Assembly (NCBI GenBank): GCA_018698135.1
Contig: JABINZ010000274.1
Span: forward strand, 7,686 to 71,685
DNA length: 64,000 bases
Source: Bacteroidota bacterium
Lineage (GTDB): Bacteria; Bacteroidota; Bacteroidia; CAILMK01; JAAYUY01
Reading direction: 5' to 3'
In this document: one piece after another, positions 29,816 through 39,272 of the stretch
How positions within the stretch are numbered: position 1 is the first letter of the stretch
Layout of the letters: the number at the start of each line of letters is the position of its first letter
Notes under the pieces: model-generated
What the model was told of the DNA's origin: nothing
What the model saw: only the letters and a program-made list of their open reading frames with translations
Database searches by the model: none
Translations under genes and position numbers: made by a program

Positions 29816-30454
29816 TTAATTTTTTGTTAGATGCAAGTGATCCATAGGACGAGGAAACAAACCGATCACCCTTTTAATAGCCAATGGATAATTAACATTT
29901 TCTTCTTGTTCGTTGAAACCAATTAAGGTTTTTGTATCTAAAATATCTTTTAAATCTTCTGATTCGACTGCAATTGTTTTAATAAGTGCCCCATTTATTA
30001 TTACTTCTGCAACCTCACAAATACAGTTATTAATTGTATAAGCATATCGTTTTTTCTGAGTGTAAACTGCGATAATATCAGGATCAGGGCTAATTAATTC
30101 ATCTAGGAATTGTACAAGTGTATATACATCACGTTCAAATGGAGGGGACTCTACACCAAAAGCGGGGAAAACCTCAGATCTTATAATACTGGCTTTCATC
30201 GGAAATTCTCCAACCAAATAAGGTTCCCATAATTCTAAAGACTTCTTTTCAGAAAGCAGGACCTTAATATCCATCATTTTATTCCGAATTTTGACATTAT
30301 TCTTTATATTTCCGGCAGACATCAGATACACTTCATATATATCACGAATTCGCTCCACTTTCGAAAGCTGATTCATCTTATTGATCAATTCCTCTAAATG
30401 ATGTCCGAATGCTCTAAATTCGAAACGTGGTTTTATTTGATTTTCAGTAGTCAT
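29816..30454 (-). CDS. Uncharacterised protein, tandem paralog A (possible divergent CYTH-like fold)
   Basis: 212 aa. MTTENQIKPRFEFRAFG… See paralog B. No family recognised with confidence. Confidence 0.5.
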   Translation of the reverse strand: MTTENQIKPRFEFRAFGHHLEELINKMNQLSKVERIRDIYEVYLMSAGNIKNNVKIRNKMMDIKVLLSEKKSLELWEPYLVGEFPMKASIIRSEVFPAFGVESPPFERDVYTLVQFLDELISPDPDIIAVYTQKKRYAYTINNCICEVAEVIINGALIKTIAVESEDLKDILDTKTLIGFNEQEENVNYPLAIKRVIGLFPRPMDHLHLTKN

Positions 30455-30543
30455 ATTTGCCTTCGCCTTTATTTATGTATTTTAAAACTCTTGATATTAT
30501 CTTTCTAGCTTTTATTCAATAAACTCATAAAAACAATGCTCTT

Positions 30544-31278
30544 TTACATCGTTAAATCAATTTTATAAAGCTTATTATTAGGGTCTGAAACAACATAAGC
30601 CTCTGTTTCATCATCATTTACTACAATGCCTTCAACACCTGAAATAGGTAAATCATATATTTTCAATGCAATTCCTTCTGTTGTGCATTGTGTTAGAGTT
30701 CTTGACTCATCACTAACAATCCAGATAGTATTACTTATATGATGGTAGAATAAACCAGAATAATCGTGAGCAAATCCTAAAACTAGTTGAGTAACTGAAT
30801 TACTTTTCACATCATACTTAATCAGAGTTCCCTGCATTTTCTCTTTCAGCATGTAATATACTTCGTCAGAATGATTGTATGTAAGACCTTCCAAACCTGA
30901 ATTACCGGGCGTTTGAAGAATATCATATGTTGATTGAAAAACACCTATACTATCTAACTTTATTAAATTACCTTCCCTCTCTTCACAAATACAAATTTCT
31001 GAAGTTTCAGAGTCAACTGTAATACCTTCAAAATCATCACCTTTAAATGGCAACTCCCTCAACACATCTCCAGTTAATGATATTTGATATATTTTACCTT
31101 GATCGCTAACCGTGTATAACGATAGCTTATCTTTAGAATATGCAAGTCCAGATGGTTCTTCTATTTGAATTTCATACGAGTCTTTAATAATTGACATATC
31201 AATATCAAAAGATTCAGGACGGCATGAAAACATGAATAAGAGCCCTAGTATTGAAAACAAAAGAAATCTATTTTTCAC
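30544..31278 (-). CDS. SdiA-regulated/YjiK-like beta-propeller lipoprotein
   Basis: Lipobox …LLFMFSC. EPSGLAY…LYTVSDQGKIY…G…LR.LP..GDDFEGIT pattern matches the YjiK/SdiA-regulated family as recalled. Confidence 0.5.
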   Translation of the reverse strand: MKNRFLLFSILGLLFMFSCRPESFDIDMSIIKDSYEIQIEEPSGLAYSKDKLSLYTVSDQGKIYQISLTGDVLRELPFKGDDFEGITVDSETSEICICEEREGNLIKLDSIGVFQSTYDILQTPGNSGLEGLTYNHSDEVYYMLKEKMQGTLIKYDVKSNSVTQLVLGFAHDYSGLFYHHISNTIWIVSDESRTLTQCTTEGIALKIYDLPISGVEGIVVNDDETEAYVVSDPNNKLYKIDLTM

Positions 31279-31353
31279 TTAACTATTCTTTAAGTTACAT
31301 AGCATGTTAATAAATATGAAGCCCGTTTAATACGAGCTTCATATTATATTTTA

Positions 31354-33069
31354 TTATTGCACTATATAACTTTGCCATTTACTTGAATCGTCTTTGAAAT
31401 CATCAGAGCTATCAAAAGCACCATCTGCAGGAGAATCATCAACTGCTAATAGGTCACCATTCATACCAAAATAATATTCTGATGTAGCTGTTGCTATTCT
31501 GGCATAAAATTTAATGGTAGCACCTGAGGTACTGGTAGTTCCATCCAAAGTACCATCAGTTTTTTCAACATCATGGCCTTTCATATTTATGGTTACACCT
31601 GTTTGGGTAAATGAAGCATCATCTTCACCTTTTACTTTATTTGCTTTTACATATTTGGCTTCAGTACCAGCAAAATAAATTCTAGCTTCAACAATTGTTT
31701 CAGAAGAAACATACTCAAGAACAACATTAATATCGTTAGTAGCATCTGGTGTTGCTGGAAATTCGAATTTTGAAAGTGTAACTGGGGCTTTATTAGTGTA
31801 TGTATTCCACAAAGTTGGATCAGCTTTAAAATTATCTGCATTGGTAGGATCTCCACCATTTGCTTCATCATCAACAATAACATTTCCATCTTTGTCATAA
31901 TAAAACGCTGTTCCGTTTGATAATGTTAATCGAATATAGAATGAGATTTTAACACCAACATCACTTGAGTTTCCTACTACGGAACCACCAGCATCTTCAA
32001 CATCAAGATTTGCCATGCTAATGGTTACTCCTGTTTGAGTAAACGAAGCGTCATCCTCTCCTTTTACTTTATTTGCTTTTACATATGCGGGTGTACTACC
32101 TGCTGCAAAATAGATACGCGCTTCATCAACAGTGACTGTACTTGTATAAGCTAGCTCAACTGTTTCGTATCCTGCAGTTGGTGTTTCGCTATATACTAAG
32201 TCCAAAGTTGGAGCAGAAACACCACCTGAAATTGGAGTATATGAATACCAAAGTGCAGCATCAGCTTCTAACGTTGTTAAATCCGAAACTTTATTATCTT
32301 TATCATAATAATACACATTTGCATTATCAAGAGTAACAGCAACGAAGAATGAAACTTTTTCGTTTTCAACATTTAAATCTGTCATGGTAACAACAGCTTC
32401 GTCAGTACCAATTACACCTGTTAATTTGTTACTCACATTATAAACTGGAGTATTTCCTTTTGCATAAAACACAGAAACATCTGTAACTGTTTCAGTAGTA
32501 GCATATTTCACAGTTACTTCTATAGTATTGCCAGCAGCCGGAGCAGCATTAAATGTTGTTGTTACGCTAGGAATACTTGCATCACCCTTGTTTGCAGCAC
32601 CTGGTGTAGCTTCAGTTCCATTTAACCATACATCTCCTCCATCAGGTATTCTACTGAAAGATGTACCGTCCGCTTGAGAAGGTGGGCAAGTTACTAAATC
32701 AAGTAAAGTCCCATCAGGTTTTCCAAAAGAAACATCCTCGCCACCAGAACTAATAGATACAGTTAATTCTGGTTGAGTCACAGTATAATATCCTTTAGCA
32801 GCAATTTTAGTTCCCTGAGGAATAACAAAACCACCTTTTGGATCAGCTGCGTCATTGATTAAATATCCTGAGATATCTGCTTCAACTGTACCCTTGTTAT
32901 AAAGCTCTACCCAATCACCTTCAACGGTAGGATCCGGATGCTTTGAAAAAATCTCATTTAAGACAATATCCGAATCTTCGGGAGTAGGAGGTTCATATGG
33001 ATCATCCTTTACACAGCTTGACAACAGCGTTGTTATAGCTACAATTGTTAATAATAATAAATTTTTCAT
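31354..33069 (-). CDS. Lipoprotein with N-terminal lamin-tail domain (LTD) followed by three about-145-aa internal repeats
   Basis: Lipobox LLSSC. LTD signature IVLNEIFSK…GDWVELYNKG…DISGYLIND….GYYTV. Three repeats (…VSVFYAKGNTPVYNVSNK…, …ARIYFAAGSTPAYVKANKVKGEDDASFTQTGVTI…, …ARIYFAGTEAKYVKANKVKGEDDASFTQTGVTI…). Confidence 0.65.
   Translation of the reverse strand: MKNLLLLTIVAITTLLSSCVKDDPYEPPTPEDSDIVLNEIFSKHPDPTVEGDWVELYNKGTVEADISGYLINDAADPKGGFVIPQGTKIAAKGYYTVTQPELTVSISSGGEDVSFGKPDGTLLDLVTCPPSQADGTSFSRIPDGGDVWLNGTEATPGAANKGDASIPSVTTTFNAAPAAGNTIEVTVKYATTETVTDVSVFYAKGNTPVYNVSNKLTGVIGTDEAVVTMTDLNVENEKVSFFVAVTLDNANVYYYDKDNKVSDLTTLEADAALWYSYTPISGGVSAPTLDLVYSETPTAGYETVELAYTSTVTVDEARIYFAAGSTPAYVKANKVKGEDDASFTQTGVTISMANLDVEDAGGSVVGNSSDVGVKISFYIRLTLSNGTAFYYDKDGNVIVDDEANGGDPTNADNFKADPTLWNTYTNKAPVTLSKFEFPATPDATNDINVVLEYVSSETIVEARIYFAGTEAKYVKANKVKGEDDASFTQTGVTINMKGHDVEKTDGTLDGTTSTSGATIKFYARIATATSEYYFGMNGDLLAVDDSPADGAFDSSDDFKDDSSKWQSYIVQ
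31560..32110. repeat. Intragenic direct repeat (about 85 bp units, about 85% identical, about 445 bp apart) encoding the repeated KANKVKGEDDASFTQTGVTI motif
   Basis: Compare 31580..31665 (ggttacacctgtttgggtaaatgaagcatcatcttcaccttttactttatttgcttttacatat…) with 32024..32110 (ggttactcctgtttgagtaaacgaagcgtcatcctctccttttactttatttgcttttacatat…). Confidence 0.7.
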
Positions 33070-33128
33070 ACTAAATGGTTTAAGTTTTAATAAAATATTT
33101 GTTAAATAATCTTTAATAATTAAATTTT

Positions 33129-34754
33129 TTAGAAGTCGATTTCACATCTCCAAATAAGCATGCTGTAATCAAATCCCGTACCTGATTCCAAAATGTAATC
33201 GGCATAATCGCCAGCTCCATTTGAATACCTATCATGGTCAACATAAGAATAGTTAAGCATGAATTTAACATTGCGGGAAGCATAATAATTGAGACCCAAA
33301 GAAAACTGACCTTTTTGTCCTCCACGAATGCCATGGTCAAAATCGTTTAAATTAATATAAGAATAACGCGCTGCTACTTCCCAAGCGCCTCCTTTATTTT
33401 CAGCTTTAACCTGAGTAAATTCCCCTTCACGATAATTCCAAGGATGATTTTCACCTGTTAGTAAATAGGCTGATTGCACATAAAATCCACTGAAATTAAT
33501 TGGATCTGAACCGGCTTTCATAGCCAATCTATTAAAGTGATACTCACCCGTCATTCTCCAAGGACCAAATGAAATTGCAGCGTCAAAATTAATATTGGTA
33601 GCCGTTTTAACACCACCAACTTTTGCTACAGTAAATTCTAATTCTGAAACTTTGGTTTCATCTTTTGGATCGTATTTAATTCGGCTATCTGGATGCTTAT
33701 ATAGGCCAGGAGTGCGAATTGAATACCCACCGCTTAATGAAATAAGTTTTCCAGGATCATTTATTATGTAATAAGCGGCTCTAGATGAAAAGCCTTTCAT
33801 CGGCTGAGCTCCTTGCATAATACCTTCATTCGAAGGAATATCTTCATCGAAACTACCTTTGAAATAATTTGCATCACCTTCTAACTGATCGTGTTGATTT
33901 CTTGTTTCTTCGGTATGAACTGCAGCTGAAAACATATAACTTGTATTCCAAGATGCCCAGCCTATACCAATCCTACGATTAGGGTTGAATTCTGCAACAC
34001 TCGCCCTTTCAATTATTTTTAAATAACGTGAAGTTGTGGTTTGTTGCATACCTTGTGGCATACGAAACTGACCAATTCGTAATTGTGCCCATGGTTTACC
34101 AGCTTCTCCAAAATATTTCCGTAAATAAACATCTTTGATGTCAACCATATTTCCATCAAAATCAAAATCGATTTCAGCGTACCAGTTATCACCAACATTG
34201 GCTTTAACGGCAAACCTCATTCTTCTTAACTTTAATAATTGAGATGGTACATCTATTTGGCCAGCTAATTTGTTTTCATCTGGAGTTAGATTGTGATCAT
34301 AGTTATCAAAATATGTCGCACCATCTAAGTATACTCGATTGTCTAACCAAAGTTTGTAATTTTTATCTTTGGATTCAAACGCAATAAACCCTCCGCGTGA
34401 CTCTACAATCAATTCTTGTCTTGATACTTTTTGGCCATATTGATTGAATCTAACATTAGTCGTTAAAATAACATCAATTTGCCCTTTATAATCATCTGTG
34501 TTTACACGAAATTCATCGTAGTCAGCATGATTAAAAATTAGAATTTTAGTTGATCCAGTATTTTGAATAGAAAAAGTTCCATCATTTTTTGACAAAACTT
34601 CCATTTTTGAGCCCTGAAATCGGATGCTCGCACCTTCAATTGCTTTTCCAGTTTCTGAATCAACAATTTTACCTGTGATTGATTCCTGAGCGATTGTGGT
34701 CCCTGTTATTGCCATCAATAACAGAAAAATCATAAATCTGTAAGTTCCTCTCAT
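33129..34754 (-). CDS. Outer-membrane porin, probably phosphate-selective porin O/P family, with N-terminal CarbopepD_reg-like domain
   Basis: 541 aa. Signal peptide. ITGKIVDSETGKAIEGASIRF…NDGTFSI is a carboxypeptidase-regulatory-like domain. Beta-strand-rich remainder ending with an aromatic residue (…RCEIDF). The family call leans on genomic context (adjacent PiT and DUF47). Confidence 0.4.
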   Translation of the reverse strand: MRGTYRFMIFLLLMAITGTTIAQESITGKIVDSETGKAIEGASIRFQGSKMEVLSKNDGTFSIQNTGSTKILIFNHADYDEFRVNTDDYKGQIDVILTTNVRFNQYGQKVSRQELIVESRGGFIAFESKDKNYKLWLDNRVYLDGATYFDNYDHNLTPDENKLAGQIDVPSQLLKLRRMRFAVKANVGDNWYAEIDFDFDGNMVDIKDVYLRKYFGEAGKPWAQLRIGQFRMPQGMQQTTTSRYLKIIERASVAEFNPNRRIGIGWASWNTSYMFSAAVHTEETRNQHDQLEGDANYFKGSFDEDIPSNEGIMQGAQPMKGFSSRAAYYIINDPGKLISLSGGYSIRTPGLYKHPDSRIKYDPKDETKVSELEFTVAKVGGVKTATNINFDAAISFGPWRMTGEYHFNRLAMKAGSDPINFSGFYVQSAYLLTGENHPWNYREGEFTQVKAENKGGAWEVAARYSYINLNDFDHGIRGGQKGQFSLGLNYYASRNVKFMLNYSYVDHDRYSNGAGDYADYILESGTGFDYSMLIWRCEIDF

Positions 34755-34778
34755 ACTTTTAATTTTTGTTTATATCAT

Positions 34779-36620
34779 TTATACTTTTCCAATAATAATT
34801 GAAAGATTTTCATCTTTATTTACTTTTAGTTTTTTCCTTAATCTATACCTACTCATTTCAACGCTTTTAGGTGAAATATTTAAAAGGGATGCTATTTCCT
34901 TTGTAGTTAAGTTAATTCGAATGAGTGTACACAATCTTATCTCATTAGTAGTTAGGTTAGGATAGTTATGCAATAGCCTTTTTTTGAACTCTGAATTAAG
35001 TTTCTCCGCATATTGGTAAAATGTATCACGTTCTTTATCAACATTAAGGTTTTGATTAATCTGGAGCATTAATTGATTGTACTCCTTTTCACCGATGTTA
35101 TTCCCTTCCTGAAGGCGCACTTTGAAGTGCATAATTTGCATTTTAATATTTTTCAAAAAATCATTTTTCTGAATAATACTAAGTGCCATATCTGTAAACT
35201 CTTTGCTCTGTATTTTGTTTTTACTTAAATTTTTCTCAAGATCATTATTTCGTTCCTGTATCCTTAATTTTTCTTTTAACGAATTGACCTTCTTTTCTTT
35301 TTTTGTTAACTGTTTTTGTAGCGATTTATACTTTATTTTCCGATACCTGTGATAGATAAGGAAACCTATAATAATCAATATAGCTATACCAATTTCTATT
35401 AGTAAGTTCCTAGAAATTTCCTTATTTGCATTCTCAGCAGATTCATCCTTATCGCCTTTTGTTTGGACAATTTTAATAGAATCAGTCGATCCTTTTACTT
35501 CAGAACCAACACTATCAATTGTTATAATATTTTCAATCACTTTAGGTTCTTCTATTTGCTGGTTAACAACAACTTCTGTCTTTGTTTGCACAGGCAACAT
35601 AAATACATTATTAACAAAAAACAATAAGAATAATGATACGACACCAGCAATTATTGGAGTTGTAACCCAGCCTGCTGTAATTCCTCCCAAAACACGAAGC
35701 TTAATATTACGCCCACCTTTAATTAATCCTATACCAATAATGGCACCTACAATAGCTTGTGAACTTGATACTGGTACCAAGGGAATTGCTGGGAGCCCAA
35801 TACTTTGAAATGCATTTGACAAACCTTGTGAAGAGAAAACGAATAATACCAATGAATGAGCTAAAACAACAATCATAGCTGTTTCTCCTGAAAGTGGCAT
35901 TAAATTGCTACCAACAGTTTCCATGACCTTACGTGAATAAGTAAAAATTCCAATAGCAATTGCCAAACCTCCAATAAAAAACAGCTGTTGAGCACCAGAA
36001 AATGAGATTATACCAAAATCCAAAGTTTCTAAAGGAATTGCTGGAACAAAAACACCCATTACGTTTGCAATATTATTTGCTCCTAAACTAAATGATCCAA
36101 AAGCACCTACTGCTAATAAACCTGTACGTAAATAGGCATCTCTTTTTAATAAATGAAGATTTACTTTTTTTAAGACAAAATTTAGAATTAAGTATAGTAT
36201 AATTGCGAAAACGGCACCCATTATTGGGCCACTTATCCAGGTTGAAATAATTTTAATTAATGATGTTGTATCTGTTACATTCCCAGTATACAAATTCCAG
36301 CCAATAATAGCTCCAACAATTGCTTGAGAAGTGGAAACTGGTACTTTAAGGCGAGTCATCCAAAAGACTGTCAAAGCTGCTGCTAAAGCCACTGTAAATG
36401 AGCCTGCTATAGCATCTACAGCTCCTAATTTCCCAAGTGTATGAGAAGCACCTGCTCCCTGAAAAACAGCACCAAGTATTACAAAAATTCCAGCAATAAT
36501 GGCTGCTTTTTTAAATCTGACCATACGTGAACCAACCGCTGAACCAAATACGTTAGCGGCATCGTTAGCACCTAATGACCAACCTAAAAACAACCCACTG
36601 GAAAGAAAGAGTAATACCAT
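34779..36620 (-). CDS. PiT-family inorganic phosphate transporter fused to a C-terminal TM helix, coiled-coil and LuxR/GerE-type HTH DNA-binding domain
   Basis: The N-terminal ~340 aa contain both PiT repeat signatures (GANDAANVFGSAVGS… and GANNIANVMGVF…) in a polytopic membrane domain. Then one more TM (LLIEIGIAILIIIGFLIY), a K/E-rich heptad region, and a C-terminal …LTTNEIRLCTLIRINLTTKEIASLLNISPKSVEMSRYRLRKKLKV matching the LuxR-type HTH. Confidence 0.7.
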   Translation of the reverse strand: MVLLFLSSGLFLGWSLGANDAANVFGSAVGSRMVRFKKAAIIAGIFVILGAVFQGAGASHTLGKLGAVDAIAGSFTVALAAALTVFWMTRLKVPVSTSQAIVGAIIGWNLYTGNVTDTTSLIKIISTWISGPIMGAVFAIILYLILNFVLKKVNLHLLKRDAYLRTGLLAVGAFGSFSLGANNIANVMGVFVPAIPLETLDFGIISFSGAQQLFFIGGLAIAIGIFTYSRKVMETVGSNLMPLSGETAMIVVLAHSLVLFVFSSQGLSNAFQSIGLPAIPLVPVSSSQAIVGAIIGIGLIKGGRNIKLRVLGGITAGWVTTPIIAGVVSLFLLFFVNNVFMLPVQTKTEVVVNQQIEEPKVIENIITIDSVGSEVKGSTDSIKIVQTKGDKDESAENANKEISRNLLIEIGIAILIIIGFLIYHRYRKIKYKSLQKQLTKKEKKVNSLKEKLRIQERNNDLEKNLSKNKIQSKEFTDMALSIIQKNDFLKNIKMQIMHFKVRLQEGNNIGEKEYNQLMLQINQNLNVDKERDTFYQYAEKLNSEFKKRLLHNYPNLTTNEIRLCTLIRINLTTKEIASLLNISPKSVEMSRYRLRKKLKVNKDENLSIIIGKV

Positions 36621-37270
36621 TACATCATAACTTTGATAGAAAGCTGTGAAAGAATATCTGCTACTTCTTCAGCACAGTCTGAGACCTGCTCAATGTGTAA
36701 TGCAAAATATCGCAAGTGGATCTTCTGGGCAAGTTCTAATTCATCCAATTCCTGAAATAGTTTGAGTTTAATATCATTTGCAAATTTGTCTGCTTCACGT
36801 TCATAAAGGTAAATTTTGTGAATATAATCTTTAATTCGCATGGGCTCAGTAAAAAATAACCTTGCTGCAGAAATAGCTGCATTGGCAGCTGCTGTTGAGA
36901 TTTCGGTTAAGCGGGAATAATCTTTCACCAAAGCAGCTGGTATTTCAGGAACTTCAACCTCAAATTCACCTACATCTGTTTTAGCTGTATCAATTATATC
37001 ATCTAATTTGTCAATAAGCAATATTACATCTGCAGAATGCTGTGGGATAAGTGAGTGTATAAAAAAATAGTTTTCAATTTTTCGTTGAATTGAATCTGCT
37101 CTTGCTTCAATTTTATCAAGTCGTTTCAAATTTTCCTTAAAGCGATCTTTATCATCATCCAGATAATTATTTATTGCTTCATTAAAAAGCATGACGCCCT
37201 CTTCAATTGCATTTATAAACTCATCTACATGATGAATAACCTTTCCTGCTGTCTTAAATAATTTTGACAT
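36620..37270 (-). CDS. DUF47-family (PhoU-like) phosphate-transport regulator
   Basis: 216 aa, all-helical. Matches the YkaA/DUF47 partner typically encoded immediately upstream of pit genes. Its stop overlaps the PiT start codon (ATGA at 36620). Confidence 0.6.
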   Translation of the reverse strand: MSKLFKTAGKVIHHVDEFINAIEEGVMLFNEAINNYLDDDKDRFKENLKRLDKIEARADSIQRKIENYFFIHSLIPQHSADVILLIDKLDDIIDTAKTDVGEFEVEVPEIPAALVKDYSRLTEISTAAANAAISAARLFFTEPMRIKDYIHKIYLYEREADKFANDIKLKLFQELDELELAQKIHLRYFALHIEQVSDCAEEVADILSQLSIKVMM

Positions 37271-37523
37271 TTCTTCTTTGACTTAAATCAACACTTTGGA
37301 TTCAAAATAACAACCAGTAAATTCAATTTCGAGACGCTAAAATACTTCAAACATTCATTAATAATAGCTGTAGAGTGTTAATTGTTTTCTAAAACACTAA
37401 TTATCAATAATGTAAAACAAAGGATGTAGTGTAATTTACAAAAACGTTGTACTATTTCCTACTTCACTAGTAAAATTCAATATTCATTAATTGATGTTCA
37501 ATTAGCTGTAAAAAATGAAATAG

Positions 37524-37575
37524 GTTAAAAAAGAAAAAACCTCACAAGCTTCTCTTCATCGAAACCAGTGAGGTT
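37524..37575 (-). terminator. Putative intrinsic terminator of the arylsulfotransferase gene
   Basis: 8-bp stem AACCTCAC/GTGAGGTT (37538..37545 / 37568..37575). On the minus-strand RNA it is followed by UUUUUUCUUUUUU (complement of 37524..37537). Lies 22 nt downstream of the stop at 37597. The loop is unusually long (22 nt). Confidence 0.5.
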
Positions 37576-37596
37576 TAAATTAACCAAATCATTAAA

Positions 37597-39243
37597 TCAC
37601 TTTTTTATAAACCGCTCAGAAAAGCTACCTCTTTCAGAATCCACTTTAACAACATACATACCTGTTTCAAAGCTTTGTATATCAATCACTAAAACTCCTT
37701 TTACTTCTTCATCTGTTACATAAACAATCTCACCAATTGTATTAAAGATTTGAACTGAAACATTTTTACTTTCTATGTCAATAAAACTAATATTGATTTT
37801 TTCTTTTGCTGGATTAGGATAAATTTTAAGCTTATTACTGTCTGAGTTACTTTCGATACCAAGAACTAAATGACATGAGTCAGAAATAGTATTTGAATTT
37901 TCTATTGTTTTTCCAGGTATTAAGGTATGGCTAGCAAAACCAGTATATGAACTTGGATAATATGTGCATCTAAAAACACTATTCATTGATGGGGTTGTTC
38001 CTTGACTAATTACTCCAGTATTTTTTACCGGATTAATGTATTCCCATACTTGCATTCCAGACGTTGTAGTCTCAATAAAACTACCAGACCCACCAATACA
38101 TATTAGAACATTCCCATTTGGTAATTGTTGTGCTCCTGAAATGTTTTGAGAGTATAAACCATTTGGATCTCCGTAATTGTAATTCCATGAAGTAGAACTT
38201 GGCAAAAAAGGTAGTGAAATATCATATGTATAGCCATTTACTGGAGGATTTATTATTTCTACAGTAGAATAATTTCCATCTGGTCTTCTTACTCCATTAT
38301 TAAAAATCATAATTTGGTCTTCGAAAGGATAGCCAGTCGGAATCCAATACGCATTATGCTGTCCATATAATTTTTGAGTTGCACTAGTACCTTTGTCATA
38401 AGCTGCTGGATTTCCCCATCGGTACAATAAATCACCACCAGCTCCTGAATTTCCTCCAGTATGGGATGCCGCTTCTGCGGTTGATGTACTATGATCAATT
38501 ATCCAGATTTCATTGAAATTATGCGAACTCAATACAATCTGATCTAATACAGGATTGTAATCAATCGAATTCAAATGTATCCAATCTTCGTTTGTAGTAG
38601 TGCTCTTATAATTAATATTAATTAGTTGATGATTTGACGCAATTGCTCCAAAATTAGGTTTATTGTTGTCATAATCCTGAACTAAATGATCCCATAAATG
38701 CCACTCCCAAACGATTGTTCCTCCATTTATTCCTTTGGGTTGCACTTCAATTATATATTCACTCCAAACAGTTGTCGGAGCTAAAGATGGATTTAAACCT
38801 GCTGCAATTGCTTCTGTCTTGGTTTTTGATTCCCAGGCAATTATTAATACATTTCCATTGGGCATTGCTTTTACATCGTGATGCTGACATTTCGTAGCAT
38901 CAGAAACGATATAGCTCCATACTACATTTCCATCCCAATCAATTTTCTCAACAATTCCACCTGATCCCCCAACTTTAAAAGTTGTATTATTTGTATTCCC
39001 TGTTCTCAGTAATGTCCCATCGGATAAGAGGTAAACTGACTGACCAGGTTTATATGCACTTTGCCAGCTTTTTACTTTTTTACCACATTTGTCAATCAAA
39101 TAAGTGGTTGTACTTGTATTTGGAGCAAAAAGCACATAACCATCATCTAATGAATTATTCTCATGTTGAATAAGTCCAACTGTCTGACCTTTAACAATAT
39201 AGCTAAATAGTAGTATGACAGCAAACAGTGAAAAATACTTCAT
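37597..39243 (-). CDS. Aryl-sulfate sulfotransferase (ASST)-family beta-propeller protein with T9SS C-terminal sorting domain
   Basis: Signal peptide. Segments …NPVLDQIVLSSHNFNEIWIIDH… and …WEWHLWDHLVQDYD… resemble the arylsulfotransferase family. C-terminus LKIYPNPAKEKINISF…MYVVKVDSERGSFSERFIKK is a Por_Secre_tail. Confidence 0.6.
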   Translation of the reverse strand: MKYFSLFAVILLFSYIVKGQTVGLIQHENNSLDDGYVLFAPNTSTTTYLIDKCGKKVKSWQSAYKPGQSVYLLSDGTLLRTGNTNNTTFKVGGSGGIVEKIDWDGNVVWSYIVSDATKCQHHDVKAMPNGNVLIIAWESKTKTEAIAAGLNPSLAPTTVWSEYIIEVQPKGINGGTIVWEWHLWDHLVQDYDNNKPNFGAIASNHQLININYKSTTTNEDWIHLNSIDYNPVLDQIVLSSHNFNEIWIIDHSTSTAEAASHTGGNSGAGGDLLYRWGNPAAYDKGTSATQKLYGQHNAYWIPTGYPFEDQIMIFNNGVRRPDGNYSTVEIINPPVNGYTYDISLPFLPSSTSWNYNYGDPNGLYSQNISGAQQLPNGNVLICIGGSGSFIETTTSGMQVWEYINPVKNTGVISQGTTPSMNSVFRCTYYPSSYTGFASHTLIPGKTIENSNTISDSCHLVLGIESNSDSNKLKIYPNPAKEKINISFIDIESKNVSVQIFNTIGEIVYVTDEEVKGVLVIDIQSFETGMYVVKVDSERGSFSERFIKK

Positions 39244-39272
39244 AAAAAATGTTGTTTTGAGTTAATTGTTCA

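Noticed and set aside
28600-30454. Interpreting the CYTH cluster as an anti-phage defence system
   Set aside because: There are no nuclease, NTPase, TIR, Sir2 or other effector-like domains, and the neighbours are a transporter and metabolic-type genes. A metabolic (phosphoanhydride) role seems more parsimonious, so I did not call it a defence system.
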